Shown here one piece after another: positions 11,401 through 24,850 of a stretch of 32,000 nucleotides of DNA (its first letter is position 1; every line of letters begins with the position of its first letter). This DNA comes from Zygophlyctis sp. KS116 (Eukaryota; Fungi; Chytridiomycota), in NCBI GenBank assembly GCA_054661495.1, contig BAAFSQ010000067.1, forward strand, positions 12,520-44,519. Direction: 5' to 3'. The translations under genes were made by a program, and so were the position numbers. A model generated the notes under the pieces. It ran no database searches and was not told where the DNA came from. It saw only the letters and a program-made list of their open reading frames with translations.

Positions 11401-14400
11401 TTACTGGATCAATATACTCATCAACATCTTCAAATAGAAAAGGAAATCCATATGTTACAGCCATTTCTAAATGTTTTAAAAAGTCTGGATCACTAAATGA
11501 CGAAATTTTCAGATTATTAGCTGCTTCCTTCTTTTTTATCCATGAGATAGCTTGTTGCTGAGGATCTATACATAGCGGAAATCGTGAAGCCTTTGTAGTG
11601 AGTATTCCATTTTGGATGGAAAGCTCGTCAGCAGGTAAGCCTTCAGATGCCCACTTACTTAATTCCACATCTGTTACCATAAGCTTTTCAATTCGAAAGC
11701 TGGGACTTATAGGGACATCTTTCATTTTAAGATCATTATACCAGGATTTATAAACCATTTCAGTACGTAATTCCCAATTGAAAGCGCCTGCATATGACAT
11801 AAATCCTGAAATTAACAAGCAATCTCCGAGAAGCTGTACTCGTTGTTCTTTAAGGGATTCTAAGTCCTTAGCCCATCTTGTCCTCTCTGATCCTAGTCCA
11901 GAGATCAATTTATCTGCAGCTATTAGTCTCCTTTCCATGAGCTCTGCCATTTCTTTCAATTCCATCTGTTCCGTTTTAGCTTGATGGAACTGTGTTTGAA
12001 GAGTTTGAAGCTCTTCACTGATACGCTTCAGTTCTCTAGTAATTTTATCAAACTCCATCTTAGAAATTGCAAGATTTTTTTCGAGGGTGGCGACAGCCAT
12101 TCTTTTTGGTTGAATAAGCTTAGCAACGTTACAGTATCCAACAACCGCCAAGACAAATCGAAGTAGACCTGAACCAGCAGCTGATATTTCAGTCATCCTA
12201 GGGACTGTGACGTCCATCTCTCGTAAAATAGTCTTCACAGCTTTAATTTGATTTCCTGTGATACCATCAACATCAAGAGCTTGCAAAGATGTCTTAAAAT
12301 CTGTTGCGGACATCATACCTTTAGCGCTTTTCCAAGAAGTGTCTTTGATGGCCTTAATTACACAGATGCATTCACAAACTTTTTGGACTTCCTTTGGAGG
12401 TTTTGCAAAAGACCTTATTTCAGTAATCTCAGAAGATGATAAATTTGCCAAAGCCATTCTAGCCTCCTCGAGAGCCGGAAGTGCTTCAGCTAATGCAACC
12501 TCTGCTTCTTCTTTGTCCTTTGCAATTTGTATATTTTGAGACTCGAGCTCTTTCTCTTTGCTTTCGGCCAGCGACTTTTTTTCTTCAGCCAATTTGGTGT
12601 TGACTGTTATAACCTCCAGCAGCTTGTTGCAGGCTTCTGTTTTATTTTTCACAGCGATATTTTGCTCTAAAGAATAACTATTTAAAAAATACCTGCTAAT
12701 TGAGCGTTCAAAACATCTAATTGCCGCGAGCTTTCTTCTAATTTATCTAACCCGGAACTCAGCCGGTTGCAAAGACGGCCGTTCTGCTGTCTATATTCTT
12801 GTAAAAGTGAATTGTATGAACTGATATAATCAAGATAGTTTTTGGGGGTGACAAAATTGTATCGGCGGTATTTTTGTTGGAAAAGAGTACTCATATCACC
12901 TACTGAAAGATGTACTTTGACCATATGAGAAACTATGGCCTCTTTATTCTCTACAGGAATTAAATCTTCTTTGAGAAAAGCGTCGGCCACAGCGAGCAGG
13001 GCTTGTTCGGGCCACTGATGATTAAATAACGAAAAATCACCTGCGGGAACCAATTGATCATGGTATTATTAACCAATCCGGGAAATGATCTACAACGATC
13101 ACGCAACTTTTCGCCTTGTGGAGACATGCAGAGAACTATATGCAGGTTATCAGAGCACTTGCCAATAAAATAATTCCACATTGCCTCTCTACTTTGAATA
13201 ATTCCTGAAAGCTTATTTGTTTAAAATCTCACCTAACTTTGCGCATTCATCCCTTACTGAATTTAATATTTGATCCTTTTCTTCATCCTCATACAGAGCT
13301 GGAACCATACCAGTTGTTAGCATATTGTTAATAAGCTCAAGAAAACTTTCTTGCACCACATGGGCGTCGGTAAACAAAAATACTGTCTTTTTTCCAGATC
13401 CTAACTGTGCGTACAAGTTTTTCAGCGTTTCTCTAAATTCATATTCACCATATCCACGACTAAGAGTTATCTCAAATACAGAAAAAGATGCTGTGAAAGC
13501 GGCAAGTTTAGTTAAACTACATTTAGAAACTTCAATTAGAACTTACCTCTGCTTCCCTGATCCACCAACTCCTACAAGTAGAGCATGGCCCCGCTTCATT
13601 CGGATAATTCTGTGGATTCTAGTTAGATGCTCCAGAGCATCATCAAAAAGAACAAGATTCATTGGGCGAACTTTTTCATTGAATTCCGCCAAAATTTCAC
13701 GGAAAATCGGCCTCACAGCTCCAAAATCCAATAAATCTTCATAAAGTCTAGCCTGATCTTCTTGCAAACTATTTCTGAAATCACCAAATAATATAGGGTT
13801 TTGGCATATATTTTCTTCTTGAGCAGGAAAATTATCCAACACAAGGCGATTGATTAATTTTGAGACATATGAACGATCTACATCATTTATCAACCGGTCA
13901 TAGAAGACTCTCAAAGATTCATTTCGCCAAAGTCTTACGAACTGGCCTATCAGATGGAAAAAATCAGGAGTTGCTTGACATAAACCACAATATACCCTTG
14001 AAATATCCCGCAAGTTAAATATGTAATGAAATTTGCTCGGTGTAGGAAGCAGAGTTTTAGAGATTTCAGCGTAAAGCCGAAGAGTCATTTCAGTCAGTTT
14101 CCCAGATATATTTTGAATTTCGCCAGAAAAAATACTTGTATGGCCTTTTAGGATACTCGAGTAGATAGTGGTTAAACTTAGCTCCTTTGGGAATGTGATA
14201 TTAAATACAGAAAAAAGAGAGGCAAATCTTGGATCAATTTCGTTATGTCCTCCACCTGGGCTGCACATAGCACCGACAAACTGAAGATCCTTAATATTTT
14301 TCCAATTTAATTCCTTTCCTCTATCATACAACCCACCTCTTTCAATTAATAGTTTGAGCAAGGCGATGGGTTGTTGGGTGCCGTAAGTATCTTTAGAAGG

Positions 14401-17400
14401 CATATTTAAATCATCGATGAACAAAATAAGCCGTTTTCCTCCAGGAGGTCCATATGTATCTTTAGTTCGTTTCTCCACATTTGCTTCTAAGTTTCTTTGT
14501 ACATCCAAAGAGCTAGTTCTAGAAGAAAAATTAACATTCAAAACTATATTGGAATCAGAAGGCAGCTGCTTCAGATAGTTCTGAACCGTGATGGTCTTGG
14601 ATGTACCCACGTCACCAACAAAAAGAGCCGGTCTGCGTATGCTCATTGTTTTTTTTAGAATCCAAGTATGTCTAACAGTATCCATGGTAGGCACCAAGAT
14701 TTCATTGAATGCAACATTTCGATCATGTTCATAGGCAGGAACGTATGAACTCCATGGTATCCAAGCATTTTCCGCTACATCAAAATGATAATCGTAGAAA
14801 GAAGCATATGCAGGAGGAATTTGTCCTAAGGGAATGGCAGAATCAGAGCTTCCATATTGCAATCCCGAAAGCTTCCCTAATGCAGCAGAAAATTTAATCC
14901 GATCATCTTCAAGCAATGTGGCGCCTAATGACCAAGTAATAGATTGGATGAATACCGCTTCAATAGCAGATTCAACATGCATAGATTTTATCTCATTTAG
15001 TTGAGTTTCTAGCAAATAGCACAACTGTACCACTGTAGAGAGCATAGTTACCGGAATAACTTTTTTCATAGGTTCTGCCATAAATCCTTCGAAAGTTCCC
15101 TCTGATATATATTCTATCAAGGGTCCCACATACTTCAGAAATAATTTACCAAGGAATTCACTTTCGGCCTTATTTTGTCTCAAATTTAGCCACCTATTGA
15201 AATAAGGAATATATCCCAAGTTTTTTGGGTCCATGTAAACCATTCCACAACGCGATACGGTTGCAGGAGATGCATACTGCAAATCCCCGACTTCAAAAAG
15301 CAAAGAACATTGTTTTTGTAGACGGATACGTTCCCCATTCGGTAATGTTAGAAGCCTATTGTCATCCATGACAGAATTCATATTTTCCACCCAAACTGCG
15401 TCGACATCACCGTCAAATACGATATACTTTCTTTCTTTCTTTTCGGTTGGCTTATTAACATCCCTAAATATACTTGACAAAAGTCCGTCAGTCCAATCTC
15501 GAGTTACAGGGTCTAGAACGCCATAAAGCTCTGCAACAGTGACAGCTTTAGCATTTAAAATGTAAAGTTTAGTTGAGATCCCCAGTCTAGTCTGAGCCTT
15601 TGCCAATGTATCAATTACCACCGATTTTCCTCCACCAGCAGGACCGACTACCATAGTTGTATGACGAGTCAACATAGTTTCATAAAGTTGAATCACCTTA
15701 TCGATTTGTTCTGATACAGCAACATAATGTCCATCTTTTAAAATATCCTCAACCGCATCATTAAAGTTGGGATATCTTACTCTTGGACAATCTAATCCTG
15801 GGAATAAATCACCAATAAGACCTAAAAAGAGAGGAACGTCTTCGAAAACAAATTTCGGTAGATTCATATCACGAAGCGCTCGCATAAGAACTACGTCCTC
15901 ATCCAAATCAGAGCCTCTTTTCAGAGATCCAGCCATCACCAAGACCGACTTTAAGGCTCTCAAACCAAAATCATAATGGTGTTGTTTTGATAATTGACCT
16001 CTGGCTAATCTATATAGGACGACCATTTTCTTCGCAAGATTTTTAGCAAGTATGAATCCCTCTGAAAATAACATTATTTCACAAATCAGCTCTAAATCAG
16101 GCACAACCATTACAACAGGTCTAAACAGAGCTTTAAGATTATCAGGAAGTTCAGTTCGGCCAGCATACCCAGGGTTCATTGTAATAAATATCCCAGTTTT
16201 AGCATCCAAAGCGATCTCATTTCCTTCAAATTGAAACCTTTTTAGTCCCATAACCATCGCATTCTGAATTGTTTTGATCTGAGCAGAAATAACAGAAAGA
16301 ACAGCAAGTTCAATTCTATTGAATTCATCAAAACATCCCCAAGCACCACTTTGTACAAGACCAGAAAATATTTTCCCCATCGCTTGATAATCCATTCCTT
16401 CACCGCAATTGGTTACCATGCACAGCAGTCCCAAAGCTTTAGCGAGATCCTTAACGGTTTCGGTTTTACCAGTTCCTGCAGGACCGGCGGGCGCACCACC
16501 CAATTTCATCGATAATGCCTGCGTCAATGTTAAATAGCACCTATCCGTTAAAGGGGTTATAACTAGCCGCCCATTGAGCCCCATGTACTAATCATTAAGA
16601 AGATATAGAAAGCTACCTCATGTCCATATTCAAAATTGCCGTTGCATTGTCGAACAATGAGTTCATCAGCACTTCTATCCCAATAAAATCTCAGCTGAGA
16701 CTCCCATTCAAACTCATTCTCGTCCATAATCGAATCTCGCACAAAGCGATCAACGATATCTCTAGCATGTACATCGACGATGATTTGTGCATTAACTTTT
16801 TTACGATCATTTGACGATAGGTCGGACCTAACTGATGCAACCAGTTGTTCAAGATCTTCCCCAAGAGACTTTGAAAATCTTTTCATGGCGAGCTTGTTGC
16901 CAGATTTAATTTTATGGAATACATCCTCAACCTGCCATGTCCACCAGACCTGCGCTCCAGCGAGGCCAACCATTCCCTGATAAGTCATAAGCCAGGTCAA
17001 ACGGTCCATATTAGCATAATGAAAGATAGCTTCTTTATGAATTGTCCGATTAGATTTTTTCATTTGATTTTCGACTGCCAGCATCCATTCTTCAACTCTA
17101 CCATCAATTTGAACCGACTTTCGAAACTCCAGTATCTCTCCTTCAGAAGAAGACATACCCATTATAAACTTCTCATATTTGCCAGATCCAAAATTCAATT
17201 TCAGGACATTATCAAACATTTTAATTATATGTTCTTCACGTTAATCGATAAAAATACCTTGAACATTTTTCGGGTCTAAGCTACCTAAAATAGAGAGTAG
17301 TTCTTCATCAGAAATAAAGAAAAACCGCGGGAAAGCATTTCTTTTAGCCTCTAAATAGTCTGAAAGAGATTTTTGGCATGATTCTAAATCGTCAGATAAT

Positions 17401-20400
17401 GAACATAGCGATTCTAATCTGTTTTCCACCCCACAAGCTTCTATCACGAGATTATGTTTAACCGTATCAGTCATAATCTTCTTAAATAATTTATCGATTC
17501 TATCAAATTTAGCAGCCTCATCCGGAAGCTGCATCCTTATATCACCCGAGCCAATAAAAATCGACTCAAGATACATCCATTTCCGTTGAACGACCATCCA
17601 AACTTCTAAAACCTCCCCAATATGAGAAAGTATCTTTTCCCATTGCTGGACATTAGATGCGAAGGCAGCAACAAATTTGGATGCATTCATAGATTGTAAA
17701 GACATCGCATTATCATCTAAAGCTGTGCTGATTTCATCTATCGCACCAAGAATATACCCTCTGTCATCAGCCCCCTTGGAATATTTCATTACAGTAAATT
17801 TGAGATTCTTCCAGTTATGCTCGATCTCACGCAGTGCATTTTCAATACTTAATTCCTTCATTGCGCCAGACACCATTTCTCCGATAGCTTCTGAATGTTG
17901 TGATAAATTCATTGAAAAAACTTTCTCAAGCGTAAAACTTTCAGGATTCATATCAAAAACCTGACCTGTTATCTCCATCAATCGTTTCCAATGCCTTTCA
18001 CGTAAAGCATCATTTTTTAAATCACTAAAAAGAGGAATAGAATCTTTAAATGACAAAATTTTTTCTGCTACCACATTGTACGGTTGAAGTAATTTGAGCT
18101 CCTTTGGTAGCTTTTTCAATCTGGTGGCAAAGTTATCCATCCCCTTTGTGAGTGCCAATATATCAATATTTATCCATAATGCTTTAGCCCATAGATTGAT
18201 AGCTTCCCTCACATCTATATAAAGCTCGTAAATTTTCTCCAACTCCTTTGTTTCTGAAGCGACCTCGTGAAGCTCGTTATAAGAGGTGATGGTCAAATTA
18301 AAAAGTTTTTCGGCCTTAACAAGAGCTTCCCTTTTGAGGAAAAGAGATTCTAAAGTTGACTTATATTGCTGCAAAATTGTCAGTCCTTCTTCGAGATCTG
18401 ACCTTATCACACCAGGGCCACTAGTGATAAACTCCTCCTTCATTTTTTTCAATTCCAATTTAAATTCTTTAACTTGGTTCTAAAAAAATCAAACTTAAAT
18501 GGGCTTACTTGAGTAGTCTCTGCAAATTTGATCTTAACGGGAATAAGGTCATTATCAACCTTCTTTGATTCCGATAGTAAATCATTCCATTGATCTGCGA
18601 GAGAGTAGGCTTCATTAACTTCATTAACTTCTATTTCAATATTATACATGAGAAGTGTTCTATAAGACTCTGCAACATCTCGGTATTGAACTTCAGTGTC
18701 TTCCGAAGTACTCCATATTTCCGAAATCGTATTTAATACAAATGTGAGCTCATTAAGATCGGTTGGAAGTTTAGATAAATTATTCCTATAAGTTGAAATT
18801 TTCGTGTTAATTGAATCCAATCCGTGTTTGCAAATCTCATGAAGCCGACAGCCGATTGAGTAAATCCAGCTAGTAGCTTCACTATGGATAGCTGCCTGAA
18901 GAGGTGTAGTATAAATACGAATGAAATCAATATCCTTGGTTGATATTTGTGCATCTACATCATTTGCCAGTTTTGAGTAAAAAATTAACTTATCATCATA
19001 ATTAATGACACTGGGCTTCTTCTGCGCAAACTTCTCCAGGGTGATGACCTAAATATTAGTTTCAAGTCAAGTGGCTACTTTGTCAATTTTCCAAAGAGGT
19101 CTATATTTGCGCCAGGTATCAAGATAGCGACCCAAAGATGAAAAAGACTTTGATAATGTGTTATTAAAATTGCTGACCAAATTTAGAATCATCTGATTAT
19201 TCACCACGTCAGTGTAAAAACTAAATACATATGGATCATCTTCATCACTGATTTTTTGAGGAGGGGTGATGATACATGATCCATGTTGCCAACGGTGAAA
19301 CTGCTTAGAAGTATCCACTAATCCTCTCGTCAACTTAACCATCAGTTTATAAATCTCGGGCGCCGAAGGAACTGTCACAATTTCCGGTGCAGATAAGATT
19401 GCCTGTACTTTAAAAAGAGGAGCATTTCTTGGCTTAAAAACCTTTGATCCCTGGCTACTCTTATTTCGAGGCTTTTTAATACTGTTACTTAAAAGAGACT
19501 CCATTATGTGCATATTATTAATTATCAACTAAATATTAAAGGAAAATAAGAAATCACATAGTTTATAGCCCAAAATATTCTTGATTCCCAATACGCATAA
19601 TATTCCTTTAGCATTTTGCTCTTTCCAGTATTCGTATTAGCAACTAAAGATTCCATTTTAATTAAAAGAGGCCCAATACTTTTATATTTTTGGACCAGAT
19701 TCTCCACGTATTGAGTGCGGTGCTTGTTGTTTAAATCAAAGAACTCCTAAATCGTCATAAAAAATAATTTACGCTGGCATCGATCACTTCCTCCCCTTGG
19801 GGCTCTTTCACCAATATACATTGAGATATTTGTTCAATAATATGATTGATATTACTTGAATTCTTGCGAATTTGATTTACCAGAGAAGATACTTTATTGA
19901 TTTCCTGATTACATTTTGATAAAAATTCGGGAATCCCCAACGAATTCCAATTCAAACGAGATAATCCAGGCTTCAGAACTCGTTTAACATCATTGAGATG
20001 TGTATATAGCAGCTTTCTTTCGGCAGGTGTTAAAGGATCTATCACATTGTACAAATTCTGCAACATATTCTGTAAGTTTTCTACTAACTGGTAGTATTTC
20101 TCTTCCTAAAAATAAATAAATATAAGTACTTGTAATGCAACGTTAAGAGCAGCTTCAGGGATGGAAAATCCCATTCGATCCAAATAACGGGATTCTTTGA
20201 TTATAGCAGATAGATCCGGGCGAAAATTGACCTTTATTCTTTCATTTGCTGGAAATGCCTCAGCAGAGTCAGCAGTGGGCGGTTTTATATCATCAACTAA
20301 GTTATTTTTTCGGACATGTTCAGCGACCAAAATTTGACATTTAAGATTCAAAAGTGACACTGAATCCACTGAAAGGCACCATTGATGATATAGCTGTATT

Positions 20401-22757
20401 TTTAAAGCATAGTGAGTTACCTGTTCTTCATATTCTCTCATAGATCGGGCCACATTCAAGTATTTACGAGTAACAGCCCGTCCTTGTTCTGAGGAAAGCA
20501 TTTCTTGAAGTGATTGAAATCGAACAATAGTTTTTTTAATTCTAAACGATGATAAATTCAGCATTTACCTATTGAATAATGAATGCGACCAGGCGATAGA
20601 ACCTGCAACTTTAGGTTGATTTTTAGCAATAGGAGGAAACTCCCTAATTTTATGGAGTGTAACCTTACTTATTCTTTTTAAATATATCCTCAATTATATC
20701 AACTTCCTTGGCGTACTGGTCAAGAATTTCATACCATTTACTCATCAGCTGGTTATTGATAGACTCCCTTGATCTTATATTTTTAATGTTTTGCAGCATA
20801 TCGAAGGCACCTTCTGCAGAGCGCAACTTTTTAAAAGAAGCATCAATAAACTGCTTTGCCATATCTTCAATCTGAACTATTTGTTCTCTGAAGCGATTCA
20901 TCAGTGCGTCCCAAGAAACTTGGTGTCTATTAAATAAATTAAAAATTAATCACCTCTTGTTAAAAACATCATATGTGAGTTGTTCGAAAGGAATGATTAG
21001 CGCATCTACACGTTTAATAACTTCATCAATCTGCTGTGGATCACCAGTAACCGACTTCAATTCGGGACCAAATATACTATAAAACTGTTCCATTACTTCT
21101 GCAATCTCATAAAGATCAGTACAGCGCAAAGCCATGTAATTTGTTTGCTCAAATAGTTTTTTTCTGTCAAACTCCCAGCGCTGATCTCTTCCAGATAATT
21201 CAATACGTTCTCTCACAACAAAGTAAGTCTTAAAATTATGTATATCAATCTTACCTTTGACCAACCTTCTAGCAAAGTTCTAGCTGAGACTATAATTTTT
21301 TTAGCATCCGCAGGATCATCTCGTAATATTTTTTTCACATCTACAATATTCGAGACTTTATTGGAAATTTCCCACGCAATTCGAGCCATAAGTGGCACCA
21401 TTCTTTCGTCACGATTATAATGTCTAGATATGATCCAAACCATTCGAATTGCATTCATAAGAGACGGAAGACCGTCCAAAACGCTCACTAAAGATCCCGT
21501 AACAATATTTTTAAAATGTCGCTCTAGAGTACTGAGAAACTTGACATTATCTTTAGCCTCGGTGTATGATTTCGTTAATTCACTAAGCTGAAACTCTAAA
21601 GAAGAGGAGCAAGGAATCTGAGATTTGTTCAAAATAGAAATTATGGTGCTAATGATAGGAACATTTAATTGTTCATAAAGAGCAGAGAGTGATGTATAAC
21701 GATCTCTCCAAAAATCGATTTCTGCAAGAGCCCCCTAAATCTTAAAAAATCTAAAACACTCACATTTCCCGCTGGCTCTTTTTTAGTCTCTAAAATTAGA
21801 CAGTTGGAGACTGCCTCTATCCATTCTTCAGCCAGACCCTCTAATTTTTTTGTAATTTGTGAATTCTTTGAGGCTTCATCAATGTCAGTATTCTTCAATG
21901 AATACAGCTCTTGTGGGATATTTAATCTATTTCCACCTGTAACTTGCTGAGAAAAGTTTGAGACTTGAGTAGCAAATTTTTGGATAGAAACAACCAAATC
22001 AGCCTTTAAAGAGGAATGTTTTCCTAATTCTCGATCTTTCTCTTCAACTTTATCTAATGATGAGTTTGACAATAGTGGCAAATAAATTTCAGATAAAACC
22101 TGTTCCAACATCAATAACACATGCCCAGACAAATAACCTATTTCAATATAAACCGGCATAATCGTTGATGCATCTACAGCATTTGCAGCTATAGGGATTG
22201 GATCAGACTTATTTCTTAAAAAATAGACTGAATTCATATCTGCAATTTTCTCTGGAAGACTTTCCAACGACATATTAATTCTAGTAAATTCATGTATAAC
22301 TTCAGTCGTTGCCTGCTTTACAGTCGGTGTTTGAGACAAACCGGTCTAAAATAAAATTAAACATTCTTACAGTATCATCAGTAGCATCCTCTACACTTGT
22401 ATTATTAACCTCATTAGTTGCAATATCCTGCGATTTTTCATCCTGATCCACATCCTCAACTTTAGATTCCTCATTAATATTAACGACTGTCTTTTCCTGA
22501 ACCAACTCTGCCCAAAATACAATTGCAAGAGCATTCTGATTAACAGAATTTAAGAATGAATTCAATAGTTCCAAATTCTTTCCTTTTTCCCTTTCCAGAC
22601 ATTCAGTAAAAGGATCCGTGATTGTTGGCGGCATTGGCACAAGGCCTTCTTCTCCTGCCTTTAAACTTGGAGGCAATTTAGCTTGCTGAAATTCTAAGAA
22701 CAGCCCAGACTCTACTTTGGACTTTATCCAACCTATGCGAAAGTCGGACACCGCCAT
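8430..22757 (-). CDS. DNAH10: Axonemal inner-arm dynein heavy chain, I1/f alpha type (~4603 aa)
   Basis: P-loops [49 protein letters not shown] is DNAH10-type. C-terminus [14 protein letters not shown]. 19 GT-AG introns at 9112-9140, 12667-12692, 13015-13040, 13205-13232, 13517-13546, 16588-16616, 17234-17257, 18480-18508, 19049-19078, 19529-19557, 19747-19772, 20106-20129, 20394-20420, 20542-20568, 20644-20668, 20927-20953, 21229-21254, 21735-21763, 22346-22370. They total 516 nt, leaving 13,812 nt = 4604 codons. Confidence 0.95.
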
Positions 22758-23011
22758 TCTAATTCTCCTTTTTAAGACGCGATTTTATCGGATGCGCGAT
22801 GAGAATGACGACTTATATAATACCTGACGTACAAATCAGATTGTTTCTTTAAAATAAGAACTCGAAACATGTCGACGTCATTCGTTTTCCTATATATTCT
22901 GTCATCTTTCAATCTAATCCCAATCTTTTACTATGTTTTATTGATTATTAATCATCCATTTCCTAATCAGTCAATAAAAAGAGTTTCAGGAATTTAGATT
23001 TTATTAATCAA

Positions 23012-23515
23012 TTAACGAGATTTAGCCTGAACCTTTGGAGCAACTCCTTTTGACTGTTGTTTACTGACTTTAGGCTTTCCTGTTGATCTTGAAGCCGACA
23101 ACTATAATCAGTCTATAAATTCTATTACCTTTTGTTTTTCAGTCTTTTTCTTATCTTGATCTGCCTTTTTCTTTTCCTTTATAGATTTAATCAATTGATC
23201 TCTTTGGGCAGCACGTACTTCAGGCTTCATATTTCTTTTAGCCTTGATGGCATCAAGATCTGCACCGACGACTGCTCTTTGTACTTTTACAGATCTCTTT
23301 GATCTCTTCTTGGAAACTTCTTCAGTGATTCCCTTCTTTCGCAATCTTCTAAACACAACGGTCCAATCCAACTTTGATGGCTTTAGTCTCTGTAAAAAGT
23401 ATGACTCTGCTTTACCATTGATGAATCGAAATGATTTTGAGTCTCCTCTAACAAAGATTTTTCCTTTTCCTGGATATATTTTAAAGCCTGAGAATGAACA
23501 AATTTCAGTCTTCAT
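23012..23515 (-). CDS. RPL24: 60S ribosomal protein L24 (eL24, ~158 aa)
   Basis: MKTEICSFSGFKIYPGKGKIFVRGDSK...WTVVFRR; 27-nt intron 23102-23128; C-terminus KGVAPKVQAKSR*. Confidence 0.95.
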
Positions 23516-23578
23516 TTTTTATTTTTTGAATACGCCACTTGCGTTGGATTAACGCTACTCCTACGTTTAAACTATAGG

Positions 23579-23650
23579 CCCCTTGTCTATTGTCCTATGG
23601 TACCCCTTGGTCTCCCCTTGGTCATTGACACACACCCTGTGTCCCCTTGT
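23579..23650. promoter_or_regulatory. Cluster of four CCCCTTG motifs upstream of RPL24
   Basis: CCCCTTG at 23579, 23603, 23614 and 23643 in a locally GC-richer patch, 64-135 nt upstream of the RPL24 ATG. The regulatory role is inferred. Confidence 0.45.
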
Positions 23651-23717
23651 GTAGTTTCACCCTAGACTTCTTTCAGACTCAGACTTCAAAAACACTTGGT
23701 TTAACTAATAATAGATT

Positions 23718-24658
23718 CTAACTTAAAACAGAATCAGTACTTTTTGCTGTTGACAAATTGGATTCATAATGATCAGATCTTACTAGATCGAAAACCACTA
23801 CAAAATATGTCTTTTTTCGATCATTAGAAGAACATACAAATCTGATTGGGCGTCCGTTCCAGTACTTTAATGCATTTAATGAAAATCCAGGAAGAACGAT
23901 TCTAAATTGATTGAAATCAAAATGAGCATCGTAAAATTCAAAACTGATAATATCTGATTTGCGAAATATAACTTTGGATCGATTGGCCTTTTTGACAAAA
24001 TACTTTTTACGTTCTACTGGAGTAGGAATAGAAATAGAGTCTGAGACTAGTCTAGAATTAGATTCTGTAAAAAGATTTGAATTATATGCCCAGCCAGGAT
24101 CATTAGTATCATTGTTTTTTGTCTAGATTTAGCTATTAAATTGGTTTACAGATGGAAATTTGCTTATAAATTCTTCCTTACTATGTACCGCCAGGAAATT
24201 TATACAAGTCAAAACTAGATTTAGTCAAGGATTTTTAAGATACCAGGTGCAATCATGTATGGATTAGATCCATTAACTTCATACTCTAAACTTGGTTCTA
24301 ACCATCTGGCTATTCTTAGTCCAATTGATGCTCCGGGTGGTGTTTTAATTGGATGGTCAAATTCCAATCCAAATATTAGATCATCTCCAGATACATCTTC
24401 TTTAAAATTGCCTTGAATGGATATTGTGTAGAGTCTCTGCTTTGATGAGAAGTATTCGGATTTGGGATTGGAAAGGCAGCAAACTTGGTCTGGACTAGAT
24501 CCACTAAAGTCCTTCATTCGTACCAGTAGATATCCACTAAACAAATCAGATTCTATTCTTGTGGGAGACTCTTCATTATTGACCGAGAGCGGACTCAGGT
24601 TATCAACGTTGGGTCCTCCCTTGACGGTTAAATTGTAATCCGATATATTTCCACGCAT
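23718..24658 (-). CDS. DUF1769-family protein (~294 aa)
   Basis: IESDLFSGYLLVRMKDF; SEYF..RLYTISIQGNF; GDDLIFGLEFDHP; ERKKYF; LKYWNGRPIRFV. Introns 24215-24243 (29 nt) and 24123-24149 (27). Spliced length 885 nt is in frame. Confidence 0.82.
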
Positions 24659-24850
24659 TACGAACCTGTGAATTCTTCCGATCGGACAAAAAGACTCAAA
24701 TAGCAAGACAATCTGTTAATATTGCATACAAACTCTATTAATGCATAATGACTGATAATGCAAAGCAGTCTGCTAAAATATGAAAATTGCTCTGCTGATC
24801 AAACTAATTTTGCTGATCACTCATGTAAGCAGCAAGAGCTTAACCTTCAA

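Noticed and set aside
8430-22757. Dynein as a fragmented pseudogene, or evidence of stop-codon reassignment or programmed frameshifting
   Set aside because: Every break is resolved by a 24-30-nt GT-AG intron, and the spliced length is an exact multiple of 3 with conserved motifs restored.
581-22757. Functional cluster of ciliary genes (TMEM17, PTPDC1, DNAH10)
   Set aside because: They are interleaved with unrelated housekeeping genes, and I found no shared X-box-like motif; chance adjacency is plausible.
22801-22885. TGACG/CRE-like words and an 8-bp inverted repeat upstream of dynein
   Set aside because: Too short to distinguish from chance without comparative data.
6395-23552. Many 60-140-aa plus-strand ORFs opposite PTPDC1, dynein and RPL24
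   Set aside because: They are antisense shadows of real coding sequence with no recognisable motifs.
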